A stretch of 64,000 bases of DNA, taken from the NCBI GenBank assembly GCA_963555995.3, contig OY821641.1:416001-480000 (forward strand). The letters run 5' to 3'. Of the stretch, positions 1-10,673 are shown in pieces. Position numbers and translations under genes: made by a program. Below the pieces are notes generated by a model. That model saw nothing but the letters and a program-made list of their open reading frames with translations, made no database searches and was not told the DNA's origin. The stretch's first letter is position 1. Each line of letters opens with the position of its first letter. The stretch is from Vicinamibacteria bacterium. Its GTDB lineage: Bacteria > Acidobacteriota > Vicinamibacteria > Marinacidobacterales > Marinacidobacteraceae.

Positions 1-142
1 GGGTTCACAAGTGACCGATCGTGGGCGTTTGGCGCTCCCGTGCGATGCCGGCCCCGACCGGGAGGACCGGCCGGCGCTCCTGGCCACCGGTTCGGGTGCT
101 GCCGACGGGGCCGCCATCTGCACGCACCGCACCGCCCGGCTC

Positions 143-220
143 GATTCAAGATAGTGCAATCTTTGGCGTCAAATCACCAAAAACGCCTTTTTGATTCAAA
201 GATAGTGCTATCTTGAAATC
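143..220. promoter_or_regulatory. AT-rich element with two copies of a 16-bp palindrome (probable operator pair)
   Basis: AAGATAGTGCAATCTT at 148-163 and AAGATAGTGCTATCTT at 199-214, in an AT-rich patch of otherwise GC-rich DNA. Confidence 0.45.
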
Positions 221-300
221 CCCGCGGGTTCCCTTCCTGGAACCGTCCCGGCGCGAAGCCGGGACCGGCGAGGGCCACTTCCCGCTCGGCCCGTGCGGGG

Positions 301-810
301 CTACTCGAAGAGGGTTGCGGCGGTCTGCAGCGGCAGGAAGAGGCGGTGTGGGGCGGACGGGAAACGACGGAAGCCGTAGCGCTCGTAGAACGTGCAGGCG
401 GCGTCGTTCTTCGCGTCCACCACGACCGCGTAGGCCGCGATCGTGGCGCTCGCCCGCACGATGCGGTGGATCGCGTCGAGCAGCAGGGACTCTCCCAGCC
501 CGCGTCCCTGGTAGGCGCGGGAGACCGCGAGACGGCCGATCACGACGGCCGGCACCGGGTAGTGCGGCAGCCGTTTCGCGAGGTTCGCCGGCAGGGCCGC
601 CTTCTCGAAACCGGCCGCGCTGAGGGTGTAGTACCCGGCAATCGCTTCCGGGGTATCGCCGACGGCCACGAACACCCGCGCGACCCGGCGCCGCGCGTCC
701 TGGGCTGCCCGCCGACGGAGGTAGTCGTCGAGCGCCGGCTCGCCGCACGCGAAGGACCGGCGGTCGTGGTGGCGGCCGAGAGGCTCGATCACGAGCCTCG
801 GCTCATTCAC
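301..810 (-). CDS. GNAT-family acetyltransferase toxin (TacT/AtaT-like)
   Basis: HDRRSFACGEPALDDYL N-terminus, GYYTLS, GRLAV..YQGRGLG acetyl-CoA motif, VVDAK..A..FYERYGF; overlaps upstream DUF1778 gene. Confidence 0.9.
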   Translation of the reverse strand: MNEPRLVIEPLGRHHDRRSFACGEPALDDYLRRRAAQDARRRVARVFVAVGDTPEAIAGYYTLSAAGFEKAALPANLAKRLPHYPVPAVVIGRLAVSRAYQGRGLGESLLLDAIHRIVRASATIAAYAVVVDAKNDAACTFYERYGFRRFPSAPHRLFLPLQTAATLFE

Positions 811-1117
811 CGACGCGTTCCAGGTAGCGGCGGGCTGCCGCCCTCAACGCCGCATTCGGCTCCGGCGGATGGAGCAGCGCATCGTGGAAAGCGTCCCAGT
901 CCGTCGCCGGCAGGACGACCCGCTCACGCGCTTCGATCACCCGCTCGGCGGCGGCGATGGCGTTGGTCAGGACGAAGCGGCTCACGGTCATTTCTTCGTA
1001 GGCCGCCGCCCGCTCCAGCGTGCGCTTGCTCGGCGCGTCCAGTCTCAGGTGGACGCGGGCGCGCGTTGCTCCGGCGGCGTCGGCTATGGGTCGGGATACG
1101 GCGTTCGTGGCTGACAT
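803..1117 (-). CDS. DUF1778 (TacA-like RHH) antitoxin
   Basis: RVHLRL..K..LERAA..TVSRFVL..A..VI..L...DWDAF.DAL.HPPEPNAAL pattern; directly upstream of the GNAT toxin. Confidence 0.88.
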   Translation of the reverse strand: MSATNAVSRPIADAAGATRARVHLRLDAPSKRTLERAAAYEEMTVSRFVLTNAIAAAERVIEARERVVLPATDWDAFHDALLHPPEPNAALRAAARRYLERVGE

Positions 1118-1216
1118 GGCGCCATTATGGCGTACAAAGCGGGATGGAGCCCGGAAGGGCGGCCAGCTTGAAGGGAAAGGTTACAATGCCTTACTTCTCG
1201 CGAAGGAGGGGAACGA

Positions 1217-1468
1217 ATGTCGCTCACGCTCACGGTCACTGCGAAAGGACAGATCACCCTGCGCAAGAAAGTGCTCGAACATCTCGGCATCCGCAAGGGT
1301 GACCGTGTTCAGGTGGACCTGCTCCCCGAGGGCGGGGTTCGGCTCGATTCCATCGCGAGGCCGCCCATGTCGTCGTGGTTCGGGCGGTTGGAGCATCTGG
1401 GGACGGAGTCCCTCTCGATCGAGGAGATGAACGAGGTCATCGCCGCGGGATGGGCGGGCGAGAAATGA
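1217..1468 (+). CDS. AbrB/MazE/SpoVT-family antitoxin
   Basis: TVTAKGQITL..VLEHLGIRKGDRV; RBS AAGGAGG upstream; ATGA overlap with PIN gene. Confidence 0.88.
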   Translation: MSLTLTVTAKGQITLRKKVLEHLGIRKGDRVQVDLLPEGGVRLDSIARPPMSSWFGRLEHLGTESLSIEEMNEVIAAGWAGEK

Positions 1469-1881
1469 GGATCACGGCCGACACCAATCTCCTCGCGCGG
1501 GCGCTGCTTCGCGATGACCCGGAACAGACCCCCATCGCCGAAGCGCTGCTCGGCACGGCCGATCTGGTGGCGGTGCCGGCGCCCGTTCTCTGTGAGCTCG
1601 TGTGGCTGTTGACCCGCCGCTACCGACGTCCCGGGCCCGAGGTGGCGATGGACGTTCGGGCGATCACCGAGAGCGCGGCGCTGGTCACGGACCGATCGGC
1701 GCTTGACGCTGGTCTCAGGTTTCTGCGTTCCGGGGGGGATTTCGCGGACGGCGCCATTGCGTTCCAGGGGCGGGATCTCGGCGGCCGGGTGTTCGCGAGC
1801 TTCGACCGGAACGCGGTGAGGATTCTGCGGGGGATGGGCCAGGAGGCTGCCGATCCGGGCGACCTGGTGTCCACGGGCTGA
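1465..1881 (+). CDS. vapC: VapC/PIN-domain toxin
   Basis: MRITADTNLLAR, VLCELVW, GGDFADG, SFDR acidic PIN motifs; start reassigned to ATG 1465. Confidence 0.88.
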   Translation: MRITADTNLLARALLRDDPEQTPIAEALLGTADLVAVPAPVLCELVWLLTRRYRRPGPEVAMDVRAITESAALVTDRSALDAGLRFLRSGGDFADGAIAFQGRDLGGRVFASFDRNAVRILRGMGQEAADPGDLVSTG

Positions 1882-2001
1882 CCCGCGAGCGCAGCGCGGG
1901 TGCGGTGAGATCCCCGTAGCGGCGCCGCTTGCCCGTGCACGGGCGACTTGGCCAGCCCGGGGAGAACGCACGCGTCGCTACGCGATCCTTGGCGGCGTCA
2001 T

Positions 2002-2036
2002 TTGACCCGATATGACTGGTCATGGATACTGGTCAT
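2002..2036 (+). promoter_or_regulatory. sigma70 promoter with overlapping operator repeats for phd-vapC
   Basis: TTGACC (2002-2007), 17 bp, GATACT (2025-2030); ATGAC-TG-GTCAT inverted repeat and a repeated ACTGGTCAT. Confidence 0.6.
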
Positions 2037-2276
2037 ATGGAAACGATCAACGCATCCGACTTCAAGGCGCGTTGCCTCGCGGTTCTCGACCGGGTCCACG
2101 CGACGGGTGAACGCCTGGTCATCCTGAAGCGCGGCCAACCGGTCGCCGAGCTCGGGCCGGTCACCCGCGACGGCCCGGAGTATCCGCAGTTCGAGCTTCG
2201 CGGGACGGTGACGGTGTGCGGCGACATCGTGGGTCCGGCCGTTCCCGAGGACCACTGGGAGAGCCTCGCACGGTGA
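2037..2276 (+). CDS. Phd/YefM-family antitoxin
   Basis: METINASDFKARCLAVLDRV..TGE.LVILKRGQPVAEL; start could alternatively be 2022. Confidence 0.88.
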   Translation: METINASDFKARCLAVLDRVHATGERLVILKRGQPVAELGPVTRDGPEYPQFELRGTVTVCGDIVGPAVPEDHWESLAR

Positions 2277-2671
2277 AGGCGCTCCTCGATACCCACGTGC
2301 TTGTCTGGTGGCTGAGCGACCCCAACTCTCTTTCTGACGCGCAACGGCGGGTTGTGGATGCGGCGGATGCCGCATCTCCGCTGCTGGTGGCGGACATTTC
2401 GCTCTGGGAGGTCGCCACGCTGCACAGCCTCGGAAGGGTTCGCATCCGAGGATCGCTGCGTCGGTGGCTCGAGAAGGCGGTGGCGCCTCCCCTGGTGAAG
2501 CTCCAGGGGATCACCCCCGCGATCGCCGCCGAAGTGGCTGCCCTGCCGGACACCTTTCACCGGGACCCGGCGGATCGCATCCTGGTCGCCACCGCGCGGG
2601 TCATGGACGCCGTGCTCGTCACCCGGGACCAGCGGATCATCAAGGCGGGGTTGGTTCCGACGCTGAGGTGA
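2273..2671 (+). CDS. vapC: VapC/PIN-domain toxin
   Basis: LLDTHVLVWW, ISLWEVA, HRDPADRILVATA, LVTRD; GTGA overlap with antitoxin. Confidence 0.9.
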   Translation: MKALLDTHVLVWWLSDPNSLSDAQRRVVDAADAASPLLVADISLWEVATLHSLGRVRIRGSLRRWLEKAVAPPLVKLQGITPAIAAEVAALPDTFHRDPADRILVATARVMDAVLVTRDQRIIKAGLVPTLR

Positions 2672-2751
2672 CATCGCCTCGGAGACCGGCCGGCGCTCCC
2701 GGCCAGCCGGCCGCCCGGCTGGTTCTTGTCGCTCCGCTTGCCGCGAAGCCG

Positions 2752-2783
2752 TGCTAAAATATGCGACTGATTTCGTCGGATTT
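2752..2783 (+). promoter_or_regulatory. extended -10 promoter plus IscR-type-1-like operator of the suf operon
   Basis: TGCTAAAAT (2752-2760) followed by ATATGCGACTGATTTCGTCGGATTT, resembling the GACT-n5-AGTC IscR box. Confidence 0.5.
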
Positions 2784-2866
2784 AGGTTGACTTCTGGTTC
2801 TTCCGGGGCGCCGGTTGGCGCGCGGGACGTTCTTCGGGTGGTCGCCGGTCCGACGGTTTTTGCCCC

Positions 2867-3322
2867 ATGATCCGACTCTCGAAGAGCACCGACTACGCGC
2901 TGATGGCGCTGGCTGACCTGGCGCTGCTGCCGGAAGGGCAGACCGTGAGCGCGCGGCGGGTGGCGGCGAGCCACAACCTGCCTCCCGAGCTCGCCGCGAA
3001 GGTGCTGCAGGGGCTCAAGAAGAGCGGGATCGTGGAGACGCGGCAGGGGATCCGGGGGGGCTACCGGCTGGCGCGCGCGCCCGAGGAGATCCCGATCACC
3101 GACGTGATCGAATCGGTCGAGGGGCCGCTGGCGCTCGTCGAGTGCATGCTTGAGGACGGCAACTGCAACCTCACTTCGACCTGCTGCGTCCGCACCCCGC
3201 TCACCCGGGTCCACGAACGGGTGCTCGCCACCCTTGCGGACCTGACCCTGGCGCAGATCGTCGCCGACGCCGATCTTTCCGGGCCGCGCGCCAGCGGACC
3301 CGAACTTCCCGTCCTCCAGTAA
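2867..3322 (+). CDS. Rrf2-family Fe-S-sensing regulator (IscR/SufR-like)
   Basis: LSKSTDYAL, GIRGGYRLAR.PEEI...DVIESVEG, Cys motif ECMLEDGNCNLTSTC; first gene of the suf operon. Confidence 0.9.
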   Translation: MIRLSKSTDYALMALADLALLPEGQTVSARRVAASHNLPPELAAKVLQGLKKSGIVETRQGIRGGYRLARAPEEIPITDVIESVEGPLALVECMLEDGNCNLTSTCCVRTPLTRVHERVLATLADLTLAQIVADADLSGPRASGPELPVLQ

Positions 3323-3328
3323 CCGCCC

Positions 3329-5553
<2,225 letters not shown>

Positions 5554-5557
5554 CGCG

Positions 5558-6895
5558 ATGGGCGCAGCGGCTCCGGCGACCGTCGAGGCGCACTACCTCG
5601 ACGAGATCCCGGTCCGGGAGGGCGACCGCTACGCCCTCCGGCGGCGCGAGGCGGTCCACGAGTTCTTCCAGGCCGGCGGCTTCCCGACCGCGCGCGACGA
5701 GGACTGGCGGTTCTCCGACCTGGACGCGCTGGGCCGGACGGGCTACCGGCGGTACCCGGCCCCCGGCGGGAGGCCCGCGCCCCCCGAACTGCCGGATTGG
5801 GTCTCGGAGTTCGAGCACCGGGTGCTGCTGTCGGACGGGATCGCGCGGAACGAGGACGCAATCCACGGCGGGAACGGCGTCCGGATCGGGGTCCTGCCCC
5901 CGGTCCCGTCCGCTGACGAGCCGGACGACTGGGGCTTCGTCGCCCCCCGGGCGGCGGCGAACGGCGCCGGGGTGGATCTCGACGCCCCGCTCCGCCATCC
6001 CCTCGAGGTCCTGAACGCCGGGCTCTTCGACTGCGGCTTCCGCGTGCGGGTGGAGCGGGGCCGGGACGCGGGTCCCGTCCTGCTCCATTCGGGGCGGCGG
6101 GACACCGGCCACCCGGCGATGCTCCACCCGCGGTCGGTGATCGAGCTCGCGCCGGGCAGCCGGCTGACGGTGGTGGAAGCCCACGACGGCGCGTCGGAAA
6201 CGGCCGGCTGGACGAACCCGAGCACCCTCTGCCGCGTGGGCGAGGACGCCGAACTCCGCTACGTGCGGGTCGAGCTGGAGACCGGGCACATCGCCCACAC
6301 CGGCCGGGTCACCTTCCGGCTCGGCCGCAACGCCCGGGTGCATTCGACCGTGCTCTCGCTCACCGGCGGGAAGTCCCGCACCGACACCACCGCCGTCCTC
6401 ACCGCCGAGGGCGCCGAGGTGGAGATGGACGGCCTCTTCCTCGGGGTCGAGAAGGCGAAGGCCGACCAGCACACCCTCGCCATCCACGCGGCCCGGCACA
6501 CCACGAGCCGCCAGCTCTTCAAGAACGTGCTCGCCGACGAGGCGAGCGCCGTTTTCGACGGCAAGGTGGTGGTGGCGCCGGGCGCCATCGGGACCGACGC
6601 CAGCCAGTCGAACCGCAACCTGCTGCTGTCGAAGCAGGCGGCGGTCCACACCCGGCCCCGCCTCGAGATCAACGCCGACGACGTGAAGTGCGCCCACGGC
6701 GCGGCCATCGGCAAGCTGGACGAGGACGCGCTCTTCTATCTTCGTTCCCGGGGGCTCGGGCGGATGGATTCGCACGAGATCCTGGTTCGGGGCTTCGCCG
6801 GCGAGGTCGTCGAGAAGGTCCCGGTGGAGGCGGTGCGGGCGCTGGCCGCCGCCGGACTCCAGCGTGTCCGGGAGAGCCGGAGCTTCGCCGCATGA
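5558..6895 (+). CDS. sufD: Fe-S cluster assembly protein SufD
   Basis: DEDWRFS, PRLEINADDVKCAHGA.IG.LDEDALFYLRSRG. Confidence 0.95.
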   Translation: MGAAAPATVEAHYLDEIPVREGDRYALRRREAVHEFFQAGGFPTARDEDWRFSDLDALGRTGYRRYPAPGGRPAPPELPDWVSEFEHRVLLSDGIARNEDAIHGGNGVRIGVLPPVPSADEPDDWGFVAPRAAANGAGVDLDAPLRHPLEVLNAGLFDCGFRVRVERGRDAGPVLLHSGRRDTGHPAMLHPRSVIELAPGSRLTVVEAHDGASETAGWTNPSTLCRVGEDAELRYVRVELETGHIAHTGRVTFRLGRNARVHSTVLSLTGGKSRTDTTAVLTAEGAEVEMDGLFLGVEKAKADQHTLAIHAARHTTSRQLFKNVLADEASAVFDGKVVVAPGAIGTDASQSNRNLLLSKQAAVHTRPRLEINADDVKCAHGAAIGKLDEDALFYLRSRGLGRMDSHEILVRGFAGEVVEKVPVEAVRALAAAGLQRVRESRSFAA

Positions 6896-8127
6896 TCGCC
6901 GCCCCCGCCTACGACCTCGAAAAGGTCCGCAGCGACTTCCCGATCCTGTCCGAGGAGGTCCGCGGCCAGCGGATCGCCTACCTCGACAACGCCGCCAGTT
7001 CCCAGAAGCCGCGGGCGGTGCTTGACGCGGTGGACCACATCTACGAGACCGGCTACGCGAACATCCATCGCGGCGTCCACGTCCTCTCGGAGCGCGCGAC
7101 CGAGCACTACGAGCGCTCCCGGCGGCGGATGGCGAAGTTCATCGGGGCGCAGTCCAGCGACGAGGTGATCTTCGTGCGGGGCACCACCGAGGGGCTGAAC
7201 CTGGTCGCCTCGTCGCTCGGCCGCTACGCGCTCCGGGAAGGGGACGAGGTGCTGCTCACCGGGATGGAGCACCACTCGAACATCGTGCCCTGGCAGATGG
7301 TGGCGGAGCTGACCGGCGCGAAGGTGGTGGCCGCGCCGGTCACCGACCGGGGCGAGCTGGACATGGACGGCTTCGCGGCGCTGCTGAGCGACCGGACCCG
7401 GATCGTCTCGGTGGTCCACGTCTCGAACTCCCTCGGCACCGTGAACCCGGTGGGCGAGATCGCCCGGCTGGCGAAGGAACGCGGGGCCTACCTGGTGCTC
7501 GACGGCGCGCAGGCGGCGCCGCACCTCGCGATTGATGTGGCCGAACTCGGGTGCGACTTCTACTGCCTCTCGGGCCACAAGATGTACGGCCCTTCGGGGA
7601 TCGGGGTGCTCTGGGGGAGGAAGTCCCTGCTGGAGACGATCCCTCCGTACCAGGGCGGCGGCGAGATGATCCGCACGGTGAGCTTCGAGCGCACCACCTA
7701 CGCCGAACCGCCGGCCAAGTTCGAGGCGGGGACGCCCAACATCGCGGGCCCGGTGGGGCTGGCGGCGGCGGCCGACTACCTGGAGGGCCTCGGGATTCCC
7801 GAGGTGGCGGAGCACGAGTCGCGGGTCCGCGAGGTCGCGGAAGCGCGGCTCGCCGAGATCCCCGGCCTCCGCATCGTGGGGACCGCGCCCGAGAAGGCGG
7901 CGGTGGTCTCCTTCGTGGTGGACGGGGTGCACCCGCACGACCTCGGGACCGTGCTGGACCAGGAGGGGGTCGCGGTGCGCACCGGCCACCACTGCACCCA
8001 GCCGCTCATGGAGCGGTTCGGGGTGCCGGCGACCGCGCGGGCTTCCTTCGGCCTCTACAACACCGAGGCCGAGGTGGACCGGCTGGCTGCCGGGCTCCGC
8101 ACCGCGCTGGAGATCTTCCGCCCGTGA
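6892..8127 (+). CDS. sufS: cysteine desulfurase SufS
   Basis: YLDNAASSQKP, SGHKMYGP PLP lysine, FEAGTP, RTGHHC catalytic Cys; ATG 6892 overlaps the sufD stop. Confidence 0.96.
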   Translation: MIAAPAYDLEKVRSDFPILSEEVRGQRIAYLDNAASSQKPRAVLDAVDHIYETGYANIHRGVHVLSERATEHYERSRRRMAKFIGAQSSDEVIFVRGTTEGLNLVASSLGRYALREGDEVLLTGMEHHSNIVPWQMVAELTGAKVVAAPVTDRGELDMDGFAALLSDRTRIVSVVHVSNSLGTVNPVGEIARLAKERGAYLVLDGAQAAPHLAIDVAELGCDFYCLSGHKMYGPSGIGVLWGRKSLLETIPPYQGGGEMIRTVSFERTTYAEPPAKFEAGTPNIAGPVGLAAAADYLEGLGIPEVAEHESRVREVAEARLAEIPGLRIVGTAPEKAAVVSFVVDGVHPHDLGTVLDQEGVAVRTGHHCTQPLMERFGVPATARASFGLYNTEAEVDRLAAGLRTALEIFRP

Positions 8128-8573
8128 ACGACGCGCTCCGCGACCTCTACCGGGAGGTCATCCTCGACCACAGCCGCCGGCCGCGGAACTACGGGGCGAT
8201 GGACGCCGCCAACCGGCAGTCGGACGGCTTCAACCCGCTCTGCGGGGACCGGCTGCGCCTCTTCCTGCAGGTGGAGGACGGCGCCGTCCGGCAGGCGTCC
8301 TTCGTGGGGGACGGCTGCGCGATCTCGACCGCCTCCGCCTCCCTGCTGACGGAGATGATGCGGGGCCGCCCCGAGGACGAGGCGCTGCGTCTCGTCGAGG
8401 ACTTCCGCAGCATGGTCTCCGGGGAGAGCGAGCCCGACGACGAGGCCCTCGGCAAGCTGACCGTGTTCGCCGGGGTGCGCGACTACCCGACGCGCGTCAA
8501 GTGCGCGACGCTCGCGTGGCACACCCTGCGGGCGGCCATCGAACAGACCGCAGAGACGGTCAAGACGGAGTAA
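8124..8573 (+). CDS. sufU: SufU (NifU-like) sulfur-transfer protein
   Basis: LYREVILDH, NPLCGD, GCAIS.AS.S, RVKCATLAWH; GTG start overlaps the sufS stop. Confidence 0.93.
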   Translation: MNDALRDLYREVILDHSRRPRNYGAMDAANRQSDGFNPLCGDRLRLFLQVEDGAVRQASFVGDGCAISTASASLLTEMMRGRPEDEALRLVEDFRSMVSGESEPDDEALGKLTVFAGVRDYPTRVKCATLAWHTLRAAIEQTAETVKTE

Positions 8574-8577
8574 CCAC

Positions 8578-8916
8578 ATGACCGAAGAAGCCACCAACGG
8601 AACCGAGAACGGCGAGGGGCTCCGCGAGCAGGTCGTGGACGTGCTGAAGACCTGCTACGACCCCGAGATCCCGGTGGACATCTACGAGCTCGGCCTCATC
8701 TACAAGGTGGACGTGGACGATGGCGGCAAGGTGGCGGTGGACATGACGCTCACCTCGCCCGCCTGCCCGGTCGCGGGCACCCTGCCGCCCGAGGTGGAGC
8801 AAAAGATCAGCCGCCTCGACGGCGTCTCGAACGTCCGCGTGGACCTCGTCTGGGACCCCCCGTGGAACCCCGACCGCATGTCCGAAGCCGCCAAGCTCAA
8901 ACTCGGCTTCCTCTAA
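8578..8916 (+). CDS. sufT: DUF59/MIP18 Fe-S maturation protein (SufT-like)
   Basis: YDPEIPVDIYELGLIY, MTLTSPACPVA, VWDPPW..DRMSEAAK. Confidence 0.9.
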   Translation: MTEEATNGTENGEGLREQVVDVLKTCYDPEIPVDIYELGLIYKVDVDDGGKVAVDMTLTSPACPVAGTLPPEVEQKISRLDGVSNVRVDLVWDPPWNPDRMSEAAKLKLGFL

Positions 8917-8924
8917 GGACGCGC

Positions 8925-9240
8925 CGGCCTGGAACGCCGGTCTCCAGACCGGCGCGCGCGGTGCTCCGGACCGCGCCCGGCGCACCTTCCCTCCCCCCTC
9001 GCCACGCGAACGGCCTGAAACACCGGTCTCCAGACCGGCACACGCGGTGCTCCGGACCGCGCCCGGCTCACCTTCCCTCCCCCCTCCCCACGCGAACGGC
9101 TTGGAACGCCGGTCTCCAGACCGGCACGCGCGGTTCTCCGCACCGCGCCCGGCGCACCTTCCCTCCCCCCTCCCCACGCGAACGGCTTGGAACGCCGGTC
9201 TCCAGACCGGCACGCGCGGTGCTTCGCAACGCGCACGGCG
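8925..9240 (+). repeat. tandem array of an 86-bp REP-containing unit (~3.6 copies)
   Basis: GGAACGCCGGTCTCCAGACCGGC core at 8931, 9017 (variant), 9103 and 9189; sequence between cores is nearly identical. Confidence 0.92.
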
Positions 9241-9340
9241 CGACTTCCACACGCAGGGTGTTTCTTTCCTCCGCGTTCACCCGAACGAGCCGGATGTTGC
9301 CGTACTGCGTCCCCGTGGAGGCGGATAGCGTCACGTCGTC

Positions 9341-9385
9341 CGCGGGCCTTCGGCCCGCTGTGCCGGTCTGGAGACCGGCGTTCCC
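9341..9385 (-). repeat. inverted REP copy with second hairpin
   Basis: GCCGGTCTGGAGACCGGCGTTCC at 9362-9384, adjacent to hairpin GCGGGCC-TTC-GGCCCGC. Confidence 0.85.
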
Positions 9386-9401
9386 GGCGCTCCCGGCCCG
9401 A

Positions 9402-10673
9402 TTACGCCGCGGCCAGCGCCTGGTCGAGGTCCTCGAGGATGTCGCTGATGTGCTCGATGCCGACGGAGAGCCGGATGGCCTCGGGCCGGACGCCGACGTG
9501 CAACTGCTCCTCTTCGGTGAGCTGGCGGTGGGTGGTGGACGCCGGGTGGCAGGCGAGCGACTTGGCGTCGCCGATGTTGACCAGCCGCTTGAAGAGCCCG
9601 AGGGCGTCGTAGAACCGCACCCCGGCCTCGTATCCGCCCTCGACGCCGAAGGTGAGGATGCCGGAGGCCGTTCCGTTCAGGTACTTGACGGCCAGGTCGT
9701 GGTACCGGTCGCCGGGCAGTCCCGCGTAGTGGACCCACGCGACTCTGGGATGGTCCCGGAGGTGCTCGGCCACCGCCAGCGCGTTCTCGCAGTGGCGTTC
9801 CATCCGCAGGCCGAGGGTCTCGATGCCCTGCATGATCTGGAACGCGTTGAACGGCGAGATGGCGGAACCGGTGTTCCGCAGCGGCACCGTGCGGGCGCGG
9901 CCGATGTAGGCGGCGGGGCCCAGCGCCTCGGTGTACACCACGCCGTGGTAGCTCGGCTCGGGGGTGGTGAACATTGGGTAGCGCTCCGCGAACTCCGTCC
10001 AGGGGAACTGGCCCGAGTCCACGATGGCGCCGCCGAGCGAGCTGCCGTGGCCGCCCATGTACTTGGTCAGGGAGTGGACGACGATGTCCACGCCGTGCTC
10101 GACCGGCTTCAGCAGCGCCGGGGTCGCCACCGTGTTGTCCACGATGGTGACGATGCCGTGGGCGCGGGCCATCGCGGCGACCGCCGCGAGATCCACGATG
10201 TTGCCCGCCGGGTTGCCGATGCTCTCGCAGAAGACGGCCTTCGTGCGGCCGTCAATCAGCTTGGCGAGGTCGTCCGGGCTGTCGCCCTCGGCGAACCGCA
10301 CCTCGATGCCCTGCTGGGGCAGCATGTGGGCGAAGAGGGTGTAGGTGCCGCCGTAGAGCTGCGGGACGGAGACGATGTTGTCGCCCGCGACCGCGAGGTT
10401 GAGGATCGAGTAGTTGACCGCGGCGCTGCCCGAGGACAGCGCGAGGGCGGCGACGCCCCGCTCGAGCTGGGCCACCCGCTCCTCGAGGACCGCCTGGGTG
10501 GGGTTCATGATGCGGGTGTAGATGTTCCCGGGGACCGCGAGATCGAAGAGGTCGGCGCCGTGCCGGGCATCGTCGAACTCGTAGGCCACGGTCTGGTAGA
10601 TGGGTACGGCGACCGCGTGGGTCGTCGGTTCGGATTCGTATCCGACGTGGATGGCGATGGTTTCGTCACGCAT
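9402..10673 (-). CDS. metY: O-acetylhomoserine sulfhydrylase (aminocarboxypropyltransferase)
   Basis: PIYQTVAY, GNIYTRIMNPT, HSLTKYMGGHG PLP lysine, NIGDAKSL..HPASTTHRQL. Confidence 0.93.
   Translation of the reverse strand: MRDETIAIHVGYESEPTTHAVAVPIYQTVAYEFDDARHGADLFDLAVPGNIYTRIMNPTQAVLEERVAQLERGVAALALSSGSAAVNYSILNLAVAGDNIVSVPQLYGGTYTLFAHMLPQQGIEVRFAEGDSPDDLAKLIDGRTKAVFCESIGNPAGNIVDLAAVAAMARAHGIVTIVDNTVATPALLKPVEHGVDIVVHSLTKYMGGHGSSLGGAIVDSGQFPWTEFAERYPMFTTPEPSYHGVVYTEALGPAAYIGRARTVPLRNTGSAISPFNAFQIMQGIETLGLRMERHCENALAVAEHLRDHPRVAWVHYAGLPGDRYHDLAVKYLNGTASGILTFGVEGGYEAGVRFYDALGLFKRLVNIGDAKSLACHPASTTHRQLTEEEQLHVGVRPEAIRLSVGIEHISDILEDLDQALAAA

Noticed and set aside
301-2671. Integron cassette array explanation for the TA cluster
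   Set aside because: The genes are in mixed orientation, and no recognisable attC sites or integrase are present.
8925-9240. Possible CRISPR array (regularly spaced palindromic repeats)
   Set aside because: The intervening sequences are near-identical rather than unique spacers, the core is a dispersed REP, and there are no cas genes in the window.
9240-9340. Unique DNA inside REP doublets (also 16160-16230) as captured gene fragments
   Set aside because: The translations look vaguely protein-like but are too short to assign without a search.
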